A DNA stretch of 64,000 nt, taken from positions 294 through 64,293 of the forward strand of contig CALWPB010000003.1 in assembly GCA_944383315.1 (NCBI GenBank). Reading direction: 5' to 3'. The stretch's first letter is position 1; each line of letters opens with the position of its first letter. Positions 18,813-28,982 of the stretch are shown here, one piece after another. The position numbers were made by a program, and so were the translations under genes. Source of the DNA: an uncultured Clostridia bacterium. Its GTDB lineage: Bacteria > Bacillota > Clostridia > Christensenellales > UBA1242. The notes below the pieces were generated by a model. That model made no database searches, had not been told where the DNA came from, and worked only from the letters and a program-made list of their open reading frames with translations.

Positions 18813-20003
18813 ATGTTTAACAAACAAACTTTACGTGATTTTGATTTGAAAGGGAAAAAAGTGCTGTTGCGCGTTGATTTTAATGTACCGCTCAATTCAA
18901 ACTTACAGATAACAAACGATAAGCGTATTAGGGAAACCCTGCCTACAATTCAATATCTAATTGAAAATGGTGCAAAAATAATTATAGTTAGCCATCTAGG
19001 TAGACCAGAAGGCAAGGTTAAACCAGAGTTCTCATTAAAACCTGTTGCTGAAAGATTGCGCGAGTTAATTAAAAAACCCGTAATTTTAACGGGCGATGTC
19101 GCTGGACCTGAAACGTTTAAGTATGTGCGCGCAATGAAAGAAGGCGACATTGTTATGATGGAAAATGTGCGTTTTGACCCAGGCGAAGAGGCAAATGACC
19201 CCGAATTTGCTAAAAAACTTGCTTCGGTTGCTGATATTTACTGTAATGATGCCTTTGGTACAATGCACCGCGCTCACGCGTCTACTACAAAAGTTGCTGA
19301 ATACTTGCCATCGTGTGCGGGATTACTTGTAGAAAAAGAACTAAATGTCTTGGGCTCTGCACTCGAAAACCCAAACCGTCCTTTTGTCGTTATTGTGGGT
19401 GGTGCAAAAGTTAAAGATAAAATTGGACTTATCAGCAGATTAATAGAAGTTGCTGACGTTGTAATGATTGGCGGTGCTATGGCGTATACATTCTTGCGTG
19501 CGCAAGGGCACAATGTGGGTAAGTCGATAGTTGAAAAAGATAAATTACAACTAGCAAGGTTATTGATTGAAAAGGCTAACAAGCAAAATGTAAAATTTGT
19601 GTTGCCTGTTGACCACGTTGTAACGGGTGAGTTTAATTTCTCTGCGGAATATGTAATCACAACTACAAAGAAATTCCCGCGTACTGGAATTGGTATGGAT
19701 ATAGGTCCAAAAACAATTAAGTTGTTTGAACACTATATTAGTAAAGCAAAAACAATCTTTTGGAATGGACCTTTGGGAGTATCTGAGTTTCAAAAGTTTG
19801 CAAAGGGTACAAACGAGGTTGCCAAGGCAATAGCAAATTCAAAGGCTTATACGATTGTTGGTGGTGGAGATAGTGCAAAATCTATCGAGCAACTTAACCT
19901 ACAAGACAAAATTGACCACGTTTCAACAGGTGGCGGAGCGGCACTCAAACTAATAGAAGGGGTAACACTTCCAGGTCTTGCTGCAATTAGTGAAAAACTT
20001 TAA
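18813..20003 (+). CDS. pgk: Phosphoglycerate kinase
   Basis: KVLLRVDFNVP motif and full-length family architecture. Confidence 0.95.
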   Translation: MFNKQTLRDFDLKGKKVLLRVDFNVPLNSNLQITNDKRIRETLPTIQYLIENGAKIIIVSHLGRPEGKVKPEFSLKPVAERLRELIKKPVILTGDVAGPETFKYVRAMKEGDIVMMENVRFDPGEEANDPEFAKKLASVADIYCNDAFGTMHRAHASTTKVAEYLPSCAGLLVEKELNVLGSALENPNRPFVVIVGGAKVKDKIGLISRLIEVADVVMIGGAMAYTFLRAQGHNVGKSIVEKDKLQLARLLIEKANKQNVKFVLPVDHVVTGEFNFSAEYVITTTKKFPRTGIGMDIGPKTIKLFEHYISKAKTIFWNGPLGVSEFQKFAKGTNEVAKAIANSKAYTIVGGGDSAKSIEQLNLQDKIDHVSTGGGAALKLIEGVTLPGLAAISEKL

Positions 20004-20013
20004 AGGAGAATCT

Positions 20014-20745
20014 ATGAAATACATTATAGGAAATTGGAAGATGAATATGACCGCGGGCGAAATCGTAGAATTTACTCGCGGAGTAAAAAAGTACAAAATT
20101 CCCAAAAATAGTCCCGTTCAATTTGGACTTGCTGTGCCGTATGTATATCTTCTTGGTATGGCAAAGTTGCAAGGACACGTGTTGATTGGTGCTCAAAATG
20201 TGTCAGAACATAACAACGGTGCGTTTACAGGTGAAATTAGTGCAGAAATGCTTGCTGATGTTGGGCTTGATTTTTGCATTGTTGGACACAGTGAACGCCG
20301 TACACTTTTTGGCGAAACTAATGAGATGATAAACGAAAAAATTAAGAAATTACAGGAGTATCAAGTGCTGCCATTACTCTGCATTGGTGAGACAGAGGAG
20401 GAGTTTACCGCGGGCAAGACAAAAGAAGTATTGCACGAGCAGTTGACTAAATGCTTGGCTAATATCAACAAAGAGCAAGAAATCATTGTAGCATACGAAC
20501 CTGTTTGGGCAATAGGTACGGGCAAAACGGCAAGCATCGAGATAATTAAGGAAACAACCGCTTTTATCAAACAAGAGTTACAAAGCATTTTGGGTAAACT
20601 TGGCACCGCTGTGTTGTATGGTGGTAGTGTAAACCCGCAAAATGCACCAGCAATTCTTCACTGCGAAGGTGTAGACGGAGCATTAATAGGTGGGGCAAGT
20701 CTGGATGCAGACAAATATATGCAGATTGCATCAACTTTATTTTAG
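20014..20745 (+). CDS. tpiA: Triose-phosphate isomerase
   Basis: IIGNWKMN and AYEPVWAIGTG motifs. AAGGAG SD before ATG 20014. Confidence 0.95.
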   Translation: MKYIIGNWKMNMTAGEIVEFTRGVKKYKIPKNSPVQFGLAVPYVYLLGMAKLQGHVLIGAQNVSEHNNGAFTGEISAEMLADVGLDFCIVGHSERRTLFGETNEMINEKIKKLQEYQVLPLLCIGETEEEFTAGKTKEVLHEQLTKCLANINKEQEIIVAYEPVWAIGTGKTASIEIIKETTAFIKQELQSILGKLGTAVLYGGSVNPQNAPAILHCEGVDGALIGGASLDADKYMQIASTLF

Positions 20746-20754
20746 GAGGAAAGT

Positions 20755-22284
20755 ATGAAAGCCAAAACGGGAGTGGTGGGGATAATTTTAGACGGTGTAG
20801 GCTACCGTGCCGAAGCCGAAGGCAACCCGATGAAAACTGCCAAAATGCCATTTTTCAATAAGTTGCTTACGGAATTTCCCAATACATTGATAAACGCAAG
20901 CGAAGAGTGGGTGGGTTTACCTGCGGGACAAATGGGCAATAGTGAGGTAGGACATATAAATCTCGGCGCTGGTCGTGTGGTTTATCAAGATTTTATGCGC
21001 ATTAATAATGCGATTAAGGACAAATCTCTTGCACTCAACTCGACGTTAGATGAGTGTTTTGAGAGAGTAGTTACAAAAGGTACTACACTGCATTTTGCGG
21101 GTCTTGTTTCTAATGGCGGAGTGCATAGCAGTATTGACCACCTCAAATATTTAATTAATCTTGCTGTTAAGGCGGGGGTGCGTAATATTTGCGTACATTG
21201 TTTTACTGACGGTAGAGATACTAAGCCTGATAGCGGTATGCACTTTGTACAAGAGATTGAAGTCGAACTTGGTAAACTTGGTGTCGGCAAAATTGCTACA
21301 ATAGTCGGCAGATTTTACGCAATGGATAGGGAAGAACGTTGGAACCGCACGCAAGTTGCTTTTGATTTAATTACATACGGAAAAGGCACTCGCACCAGTG
21401 GTATTTATGATGCTTTCCAAAAAACGTATAATCGTAAAATAAGCGATGAATTTATGCCGCCTTTTGTAATAGGTGATTATGAGGGCTTAAAGGACGGCGA
21501 TGAAATATTCTTCTTCAATTTCCGTCCCGACCGTATGCGTCAAATTTCTGCCGCATTTGCAAGTAAGGACTTTATTTGCTTTAATCGTAAAAATATGCCT
21601 AAGATAAAAGCAACTGCAATGTGTAGATATGACGAAAAACAACAAAATCTCCCGTACGTTTTTGGTCCTGAAGTGCCGAAAAACACACTTTCAGAGAGAT
21701 TGGCAAAGGTAGGGTATAAGCAACTGAAACTTGCAGAAACGACAAAGTACGCTCACGTTACATACTACTTTAATGGCGGAGTTGAAAAGGCATACAAAGG
21801 CGAAAAGCGAATACTTGTAGAAAGTAAGTTTGTCGATAACTTTGCGGAATTTCCTGTAATGCGCGCCCCTGAAATTGCGAATATTGCCGCCGAAGAGTGC
21901 GCAAAGAAGATTCACGACTTTATCCTTATTAATTTTAGCAATGGCGATATGGTAGGACATACAGGCAATTTTGATGCAGCAGTGCAAGCGCTCGAAGCAC
22001 TCGATAAAGCGCTAGAACGTACCGTACTTGCTGCAATGGAAGCGGGATATGTGTGTATAATTACCGCTGACCACGGAAATACAGAAGATATGCGTACAAC
22101 AAACGGACGTAGCACAACCCACACACTCAACCCTGTGCCTTTTATCCTAACCGACAAAACGCGCAAATTGAAGTCTGGTAAATTTGCTCTTGACTGTTTT
22201 GCTCCAACTGTATTACAAATAATGGATATTTATCAGCCAGCAGAGATGACGGGCAAAAGTATAATAGCGGGGGATAAAAAATGA
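20755..22284 (+). CDS. gpmI: 2,3-bisphosphoglycerate-independent phosphoglycerate mutase
   Basis: GNSEVGHINLGAGR and TADHGN motifs. Confidence 0.95.
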   Translation: MKAKTGVVGIILDGVGYRAEAEGNPMKTAKMPFFNKLLTEFPNTLINASEEWVGLPAGQMGNSEVGHINLGAGRVVYQDFMRINNAIKDKSLALNSTLDECFERVVTKGTTLHFAGLVSNGGVHSSIDHLKYLINLAVKAGVRNICVHCFTDGRDTKPDSGMHFVQEIEVELGKLGVGKIATIVGRFYAMDREERWNRTQVAFDLITYGKGTRTSGIYDAFQKTYNRKISDEFMPPFVIGDYEGLKDGDEIFFFNFRPDRMRQISAAFASKDFICFNRKNMPKIKATAMCRYDEKQQNLPYVFGPEVPKNTLSERLAKVGYKQLKLAETTKYAHVTYYFNGGVEKAYKGEKRILVESKFVDNFAEFPVMRAPEIANIAAEECAKKIHDFILINFSNGDMVGHTGNFDAAVQALEALDKALERTVLAAMEAGYVCIITADHGNTEDMRTTNGRSTTHTLNPVPFILTDKTRKLKSGKFALDCFAPTVLQIMDIYQPAEMTGKSIIAGDKK

Positions 22285-22511
22285 TTGGGTTAATGGCAGA
22301 CATTTGGAGTTCGATTATAAACGGAATACGCAATATGGATGGTACATTGCGTGGGTTTATTATACTCGGGCTTATTCTACTAACTTTCTTCTTTCTTGCT
22401 TTGTCTATAAACAAAGGTAAAAATCATATGGAAAAGCCGATGAAATGGGGCTTTTTGGTGCTTTCAATAATTTGTTTTGGCATTGCAATATTTTTTACAG
22501 TTATTCTATAA
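22281..22511 (+). CDS. Small two-TM membrane protein
   Basis: ATGA start/stop overlap with gpmI. Two hydrophobic segments. Confidence 0.5.
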   Translation: MIGLMADIWSSIINGIRNMDGTLRGFIILGLILLTFFFLALSINKGKNHMEKPMKWGFLVLSIICFGIAIFFTVIL

Positions 22512-22580
22512 GTTAAAACAGGGTTTACAATTTAAATAATTTATGTTATTATAAAGTCATAAAATTAAATAGGATTGTTT

Positions 22581-23621
22581 ATGGCAGTTGAAATGTTTTT
22601 TGGACATAGGATACCAAAAGTAAGACAAAGTGATATAGGTTGGGAGCGCGTAGAGTTAAATGATATCGACACTACAAGACCAGTATTGCTTTGTTTCGGT
22701 GGGAATAATACTATCAAAGACCGTTATGCAAATTTTATGGCAAAAACGGCGGAGCGCTTGTTAAATCTTACTCCTGAGGATAAATATATCGATATTTATT
22801 CTATTTCTTACAAACACAACGAAGACGAAGACATAGCAAATATGAGTGAAGAAGAAATAAAAAGAATTAACGAAAGTCTATTCTTACCGCTATTAATAAA
22901 AGATGGTAAACGAATACCGACCGAGCAGGCACAAAAAAATATACGTAACATTAACTTGTTTTCGTTTAGTTATGGTAGCAAGGTTGTCTATAATTTAATT
23001 CAAAATTTATCAACAACTATGGGTAAATTGGGTTATTCTGACAATGAAACTTCGCAGATTTTAAGCCAAATTTTTCATATAGCATACGCGCCGAAAAATG
23101 TTTCAAAACTCCCAACAACTTTTGCACTTAAAACCTTTGCCGATAACTTTTTTGGAAGGTTTTATGAAGCCGAATATCGTAAACTTACGCACAAAACGAA
23201 AGACGAAACTTGTAATCTTAAATGTGGCGAGCTTGTAATAAATGGTAATACATTAAACTTATATGCAGAAAAGATAAATGACCGAAAATTTTTTACAGAG
23301 AAAAATGATAATCCATTCGAAGATGAATATCGCAATATGGATGATGAAATTTTGCCTGACCACGATATCCGTTCCTTTTTGTTAGAACCAGACTGGTCGC
23401 AAGCCAATTATCGTGCGGAAATCTTTGCGCGTTGCGGTGCGTATGCTTTGGGATTTGCCGTACATAATTCTAAACAAAATTTCAAGCAGAAAACTTTTGA
23501 ACCGTTGCCATCTCCATCTTTTATGAAAGAAGTAATAGAAGATATGGAGTTAAGAGGGGATAACGAGAATTATCGTGAAAGAAAAAATGAGCAGGCAGAT
23601 GATTTGAGTCGCTTTTATTAA
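22581..23621 (+). CDS. Hypothetical protein, possible alpha/beta-hydrolase-like fold
   Basis: ORF track. ...LFSFSYGSKVV... resembles a nucleophile elbow (S-x-S-x-G variant). No family recognised. Visibly AT-rich. Confidence 0.4.
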   Translation: MAVEMFFGHRIPKVRQSDIGWERVELNDIDTTRPVLLCFGGNNTIKDRYANFMAKTAERLLNLTPEDKYIDIYSISYKHNEDEDIANMSEEEIKRINESLFLPLLIKDGKRIPTEQAQKNIRNINLFSFSYGSKVVYNLIQNLSTTMGKLGYSDNETSQILSQIFHIAYAPKNVSKLPTTFALKTFADNFFGRFYEAEYRKLTHKTKDETCNLKCGELVINGNTLNLYAEKINDRKFFTEKNDNPFEDEYRNMDDEILPDHDIRSFLLEPDWSQANYRAEIFARCGAYALGFAVHNSKQNFKQKTFEPLPSPSFMKEVIEDMELRGDNENYRERKNEQADDLSRFY

Positions 23622-23670
23622 CAAAATGTATTTAGCAAATAAAGTTGATAAATTTTATTATTATAAACTA

Positions 23671-23714
23671 AAAAACGCAGTGATATGTTGTTAAAAACAT
23701 AACTACTGCGTTTT
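23671..23714. terminator. Bidirectional terminator between convergent genes
   Basis: AAAACGCAGT...ACTGCGTTTT. Confidence 0.7.
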
Positions 23715-23718
23715 GCTT

Positions 23719-24993
23719 TTATTCATTAATAACAGGTTGATTTAGTTTTCTTTGAACTTTTGCACGATGCTTTGCTGTGAGTCTATGACGCTTTTTTACA
23801 GGGGTCGATGCTTTTTTAAGCTTCTTTGCGTTTTTGTTGATTGGTTTTGCAAGAGTTAGTTCTTTGCCTGTTAGACTCTTTACATAACATCTGCGGCGGC
23901 GGACTTGTTCTGGGTCGTAAATTTTGAAAAGTTGTTGCACTTTCTCATTTTCTTCAAGTTGTGGGTTTGTTTCTGCCATTTTAACACCGAGTTTGATAAA
24001 GCGCTCTAGCACATTGTGGAAAATAATAGAAGTAAGTCCTTTGTCTTGATATTCTTGGCGTACTCCAATAAGTGCAAAGTCTACATTTTCATACTTATGA
24101 ATAGAACGTAACACAGGTATCCAGCCGAACGGGAATAGCCTTCCTTTTGCCTTTTGTACACCTTTTGCTATGCTAGGGAAAATTAGCCCGAAACCAACGA
24201 CACGGTCATCATTGTCTACAATTACACTGACAAGATTTTTATTCAATACCATTTTGAATTGTGAAATAAGACTTTGACGCACTCTTTTTGTAATAGGGAT
24301 AGTACCATACAGCACACCATAAGCTTCGTCTAATAGGTCAAAAATTTTGTCATAATAGTGTTTTACAAGCCAACTAATACTTTTAATTTCAAGTTCGTGC
24401 ACACCTAAACGTTTTGATACGACCTCGGCAAGACGGGCATTTCGCTCATCGGGCTTTTCTGGTGTAAACACTTGAAATTCTAGCCAGTCTACTTCCTTGA
24501 CATAACCTAGTTTTTCAATCAATTCGGGGTAGTAGGGGTAATTGTAGTTTGTCTCAAAAGTAGACATCATTTCAAAACCGTCCACAAGCATACCTTCGCG
24601 CTCCAAGTCGTTAAAACCTAGCGGACCGTGAATGATATCCATTCCTTGCTTGCGTCCCCAATCTTCAACTGCACCAAGCGTTGCGCGCGCAACTTCAAGG
24701 TCGTTGATACAGTCAAAACGGCTAATGCGTACACGGTGTGCGTTGTTTTTTTCATTATATAAATGACTTATGATTCCACAGGCTCTGCCTACGATTTTTC
24801 CATCACGGTAGCACAGAAAGCATTGGGCGGTTGCATCTGCGCCTTGATGAACACTGCGGAGCGGGTCAAGCGCTTTGAGTTCGTCATCGTATAGGGCGGG
24901 TACATAGTACGGATTGCCCTTGTATAATTTTATAGGGAAATTAACGAATTTCCGTAATAATTTTTTATTAGTAACAGGTACTATTTTTAGCAT
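23719..24993 (-). CDS. GNAT-like acyltransferase family protein with lysine/arginine-rich C-terminal tail
   Basis: 424 aa. The N-terminal MLKIVPVT...YKGNPYYVPAL pattern resembles a widespread GNAT-related family (from memory). Tail: KPINKNAKKLKKASTPVKKRHRLTAKHRAKVQRK. Confidence 0.55.
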   Translation of the reverse strand: MLKIVPVTNKKLLRKFVNFPIKLYKGNPYYVPALYDDELKALDPLRSVHQGADATAQCFLCYRDGKIVGRACGIISHLYNEKNNAHRVRISRFDCINDLEVARATLGAVEDWGRKQGMDIIHGPLGFNDLEREGMLVDGFEMMSTFETNYNYPYYPELIEKLGYVKEVDWLEFQVFTPEKPDERNARLAEVVSKRLGVHELEIKSISWLVKHYYDKIFDLLDEAYGVLYGTIPITKRVRQSLISQFKMVLNKNLVSVIVDNDDRVVGFGLIFPSIAKGVQKAKGRLFPFGWIPVLRSIHKYENVDFALIGVRQEYQDKGLTSIIFHNVLERFIKLGVKMAETNPQLEENEKVQQLFKIYDPEQVRRRRCYVKSLTGKELTLAKPINKNAKKLKKASTPVKKRHRLTAKHRAKVQRKLNQPVINE

Positions 24994-25242
24994 ATAAAAA
25001 CCTCTTGAATAAACATTTTTACATTTTATTATAACAAGAAACTACACAAAACGCAAATATTTTTGTCTATACTTATCAATTAACTGCTTTTTACTCGGTT
25101 AATTATATGTTAAATGCGGGTTGGTTATTATAATACCAGTAACCAAAGTGAATTTTAAGAAGAAAGAAATAATTATGTAAAGGCTATATTAAAAGGCAAG
25201 ATATTTATGTTTGTTTATACAAAAAATGTTGTAATTAAAATA

Positions 25243-25271
25243 TTGACATAAATTTTAATTTATGATAAAAT
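25243..25271 (+). promoter_or_regulatory. Promoter of the rplU operon (TTGACA-17-TGaTAAAAT)
   Basis: -35 at 25243-25248 and extended -10 at 25263-25271. The roughly 120-nt leader that follows may be an L21-leader-type structure (unverified). Confidence 0.55.
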
Positions 25272-25397
25272 AAAATTCGTATCCGCGTGGAACGGGTTTT
25301 ATTTTTAAGTTGATAAAGTCTTTTGCATTGTTTTTATAAACAAATTGCAAATTTATCGCACCCCATACAGCGAGATTGGAATGAGGAGGGAAAAACT

Positions 25398-25706
25398 ATG
25401 TACGCTATTATCAAAACAGGTGGCAAACAGTACAAGGTTCAAGCAGGAGACGTAATCAAAGTAGAACGTCTTGATGCAGAAGTAAACAGCAAAGTTACAT
25501 TCGAGCCTTTGATGATTGGGGATGAAAAAGGTAGTACCTTTGGTAACCCAACTGTAAGCGGCGCAAGTGTTACTGCTACTGTTGTTGAGCACGGTAAGGG
25601 GAAGAAAGTTCAACTTGCAATTTACAAGAAGATGAACGGACACCACCGCGCACAAGGACACCGTCAACCATATAGCAAGATTAAAATTGATGCTATTAAA
25701 AAATAG
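25398..25706 (+). CDS. rplU: 50S ribosomal protein L21
   Basis: MYAIIKTGGKQYKV. GAGGAGG SD. Confidence 0.97.
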   Translation: MYAIIKTGGKQYKVQAGDVIKVERLDAEVNSKVTFEPLMIGDEKGSTFGNPTVSGASVTATVVEHGKGKKVQLAIYKKMNGHHRAQGHRQPYSKIKIDAIKK

Positions 25707-25724
25707 ACCTATTTGGGAGGTCGT

Positions 25725-26063
25725 ATGACAAATATACAAGTTTTCAAAAAAGGCGATAACTATACCCGCATTATTTGCGAAGGACACACAGGCTACGGAG
25801 TGGAAGGAGAGGACATTGTTTGCAGTGCATTATCTAGCATTGTGCAAACTGCTGCTCTTGGAATGCTTACCGTTGCGTGTGCTGGCGTCGAAATAGTGCG
25901 CGATGATAAGGCTGCCTATTTGGAAATAATCGTACCCGAAAATTTGTCGCCCGATACTGCCCACGATGTGCAAGTTATATTTGCAACAATGATGTGCGGC
26001 ATAGGGGACTTATACAGCGAGTACAGCGATTTTATTGAATTGGAGGTCAACAATGTTTATTAA
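25725..26063 (+). CDS. prp: Ribosomal-processing cysteine protease Prp
   Basis: Located between rplU and rpmA. GHTGYG...DIVCSALS motif. Confidence 0.9.
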   Translation: MTNIQVFKKGDNYTRIICEGHTGYGVEGEDIVCSALSSIVQTAALGMLTVACAGVEIVRDDKAAYLEIIVPENLSPDTAHDVQVIFATMMCGIGDLYSEYSDFIELEVNNVY

Positions 26064-26328
26064 TATTCAATTATTCGCCCACAAGAAAGGACAAGGTAGC
26101 AGTAAAAACGGTAGAGATAGTGAATCAAAACGTTTAGGCGTAAAGCGCAGTGATGGTACTTTTGTTAAGGCTGGCGAAATATTGGTACGTCAACGCGGTA
26201 CACAATTTCACGCAGGCGCAAATGTTGGCTGCGGCAGAGATTACACTCTTTTTGCAACCGCGCAAGGTACTGTGAAATTTTCTCGTACAAAGCAAAACAA
26301 GAAAGTTGTTTCTGTTGTTGCTGAATAA
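26053..26328 (+). CDS. rpmA: 50S ribosomal protein L27 with cleavable N-terminal extension
   Basis: [30 protein letters not shown]. Confidence 0.97.
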   Translation: MFINIQLFAHKKGQGSSKNGRDSESKRLGVKRSDGTFVKAGEILVRQRGTQFHAGANVGCGRDYTLFATAQGTVKFSRTKQNKKVVSVVAE

Positions 26329-26333
26329 TCTAC

Positions 26334-26360
26334 AAAGCATCGAAATTTCGGTGCTTTTTT
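26334..26360 (+). terminator. Intrinsic terminator after rpmA
   Basis: AGCATCG-AAATT-TCGGTGCT followed by T6. Confidence 0.75.
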
Positions 26361-26419
26361 CTTTGTATTTTTATTCTGTTTGTGGTAAAATAAATTCATT
26401 CTTCCATTTAGGAGAAGTT

Positions 26420-27163
26420 ATGAGTACTGATTTAAAAAAAATAATAAAGTTTATGCAACGTCTTGCGTATGATGCTGAAAAAATTATACGAAAACATAAG
26501 AGTTTTAAAACAATGGATAAGGGCAGACACGATGTAGTTACCGAAATTGATTTGATGATTGAACGTCATTGTATTGAACGTATCAAGCGCGCATACCCAA
26601 ATGCAACAATAGTCAGCGAAGAATACAATAAGGATAATTTACTGGGGAAAAATTGTTTTGTGATTGACCCAATAGATGGTACAAAAAATTTCGCGCACGG
26701 GCTTGCGCTTTGGGGCTTTCAAATGGCTTATGTTGAAAACGGAGAAACTTTGGCAAGTATTGTTTACTTGCCCGATTTAAATATGTTTGTATCTGCTATT
26801 AAGGACAAAGGCACTTTTTTAAATAACAAGTCCATCCATATTAACAAAAGCCGTGACGTTGACCACTCTTTGTGGATAGTCGAAGGGAAGCCAGAAAAAT
26901 GGCATTTAGGGGAAATGCTGGCAAGTGATTCAATGGGGGTGCGAAGTATGGGATGCACATCTATTTCCTTTATTTTTGTGGCGCTAGGGCAAATTGATGG
27001 AATAGTTGTTTACCGCATAAAAAATGCTTGGGATATTTTACCAGGGTTGTTTGCTTGTGAATGTGCTGGGCTGTGTTGTAAAGCATTTGAGAACGGAACA
27101 TATATTGTTACCACTAATCAAAACTTACTCGACTATGCTTGCGAAAAATTAAGCAAGAAATAA
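26420..27163 (+). CDS. Inositol monophosphatase family protein
   Basis: DPIDGT and AWDILPG motifs. AGGAGA SD before ATG 26420. Confidence 0.85.
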   Translation: MSTDLKKIIKFMQRLAYDAEKIIRKHKSFKTMDKGRHDVVTEIDLMIERHCIERIKRAYPNATIVSEEYNKDNLLGKNCFVIDPIDGTKNFAHGLALWGFQMAYVENGETLASIVYLPDLNMFVSAIKDKGTFLNNKSIHINKSRDVDHSLWIVEGKPEKWHLGEMLASDSMGVRSMGCTSISFIFVALGQIDGIVVYRIKNAWDILPGLFACECAGLCCKAFENGTYIVTTNQNLLDYACEKLSKK

Positions 27164-27173
27164 AAGGTGTTTT

Positions 27174-28016
27174 ATGAACTATACGATTGAAAAAGATAAA
27201 ATAATACTAAATGATGCTGATACCTTTACTCCTGATGGCGCACTCGCTAGTGGGCAAGTGTTTCGCTTTGGTGAGCAAAATGGCACTTGGTGGGTGATTT
27301 CAGGGGATAATCGCGCCGAAATTCGCGAGATAACCCCCAAAAATTACATAATTTCAACCACAAATCCAAAATTCTTTGTAAATTATTTTGATTTTGATAC
27401 AAATTATGATATGATACTATCAAGGCTTAACAAATTTGAGATATTGCGCTCGGCTCTCGATTACGGTCGGGGAGTGCGCTTGCTTAGACAGCCTTTGGCG
27501 GAAGTAATAATCAATTTTATTATCTCCGCAAACAACAATATTCCGCGTATTCGTGGCAGTGTAAACCGTATTGCAGAGCATTTCGGCGAAAAAATGCCGT
27601 GGGGATACTCATTTCCAATGCTTAATAAACTGCAACAAGCCACTGTTGATGATTTTGTGGCTTTTGGTTGTGGTTATCGTGCACCGTATTTGGTAGATAC
27701 TATTTCTAGGCTTAATAATTCGGCATTGCTAAACGAACTGCCAGAAATGGATACAGCAACAGCCCGCCGCACGTTACTCGACCTAAAAGGAGTGGGACCA
27801 AAGGTCGCAGATTGCATTTTGTTGTTTGGATTAAACAAATACGACGTTTTCCCTGTGGATACGTGGATAGACAAGGTCTACCGCGAAGACTTTGGCGGTA
27901 CCGAGCGCAACCGCAACCGCATTGCAGACTTTTTTGTGTCGCAATTTGGCACAGATAGCGGATATTGCCAGCAATATCTCTTTTACTACAAGCGAAAAAA
28001 TATAAGTTTGGTTTAA
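27174..28016 (+). CDS. ogg: 8-oxoguanine DNA glycosylase (HhH-GPD)
   Basis: LKGVGPKVADCILLFGLNKYDVFPVDTW. Confidence 0.85.
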   Translation: MNYTIEKDKIILNDADTFTPDGALASGQVFRFGEQNGTWWVISGDNRAEIREITPKNYIISTTNPKFFVNYFDFDTNYDMILSRLNKFEILRSALDYGRGVRLLRQPLAEVIINFIISANNNIPRIRGSVNRIAEHFGEKMPWGYSFPMLNKLQQATVDDFVAFGCGYRAPYLVDTISRLNNSALLNELPEMDTATARRTLLDLKGVGPKVADCILLFGLNKYDVFPVDTWIDKVYREDFGGTERNRNRIADFFVSQFGTDSGYCQQYLFYYKRKNISLV

Positions 28017-28028
28017 GGAGTAAAAATT

Positions 28029-28679
28029 ATGCAAATCGCACTTTTAATCGACATTGACAACGCAAAGGTGAGTCTTCCCGTTTTTAAAGACATTATCGAA
28101 CAGGTTAGCAAGACAGGCAAACTCACATACTGCAAGGTCTATGGTTTCAACGAGCGCAAACACATCAAGTTTGACGAAGTTATCGAAAAATATGGTTTTG
28201 AGAGTACTCCAACTATGCGCTACAAAAAACGTGCAAAATCGCAACTTGATACCCGCATTATAATTGATGCGGTAAATCTCGTACACACAAAGCCATTTAT
28301 TGATGCTTATGCTATCGTTGCAGGGGATGGGGACTTGGTACCATTGCTTGCTTTCTTGCGCGCAAATGGTAAACAGTTGCTCACCGTTGCCACCGAAACA
28401 ACAGACGGTAACGACCATATGTATGACCAGAAGATTCCGTTAAATGTCCACTACGCAAAGCCTAGTAAGTTGTCAAAGAAAGAACTTTCAGACCGCTTGC
28501 GTACAATTAGTGAACGTAGTAGCGCAGTTATGACAGGAGATGATGACAAGGCAATGCAAGAACGTCAAGAACTCATTGGCGAAATTGAAGACATTTTGGC
28601 ATCAAAAGGCGATGAAGTTGACGAGGAAGAAGAAGATTTGTACTCAAGTCTTGAAGACTTGCTTTCAATATTGAAATAA
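28029..28679 (+). CDS. NYN/LabA-like domain protein with acidic C-terminal tail
   Basis: IALLIDIDN...AIVAGDGDLVPLL. Confidence 0.75.
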   Translation: MQIALLIDIDNAKVSLPVFKDIIEQVSKTGKLTYCKVYGFNERKHIKFDEVIEKYGFESTPTMRYKKRAKSQLDTRIIIDAVNLVHTKPFIDAYAIVAGDGDLVPLLAFLRANGKQLLTVATETTDGNDHMYDQKIPLNVHYAKPSKLSKKELSDRLRTISERSSAVMTGDDDKAMQERQELIGEIEDILASKGDEVDEEEEDLYSSLEDLLSILK

Positions 28680-28682
28680 TAC

Positions 28683-28708
28683 AAAAGCGGTAATCTAGCC
28701 GCTTTTTT
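28683..28708 (+). terminator. Intrinsic terminator
   Basis: AAGCGG-TAATCTAG-CCGCTT followed by a T-run. Confidence 0.7.
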
Positions 28709-28941
28709 CCTTTGCTTTGAATTGCAAATTTTTTAGCAAATATTAGCTACTTTTGAGAGAAAAATCACAAAAATTTTAAAAAAATTGCAATTTTTAGGGC
28801 ATTGATACAATATTGTAATAATAAAATTGTATATTTTGCGCCTAAAAATATGCATTATCTCACAAAAATACCCCCAAACTTGCCCCAAAACCGCGAATTA
28901 ACCCCAAAAACAAGGGTAAATTTGCGGAAAATGGTATATTT

Positions 28942-28950
28942 TGTTAAAAT
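28942..28950 (+). promoter_or_regulatory. Extended -10 element TGTTAAAAT of surface-protein paralog 2
   Basis: Same 9-mer and same relative position as 11082-11090. Confidence 0.4.
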
Positions 28951-28982
28951 TTAATTAAGATAACAAAAAAGGGGTACAAAAT

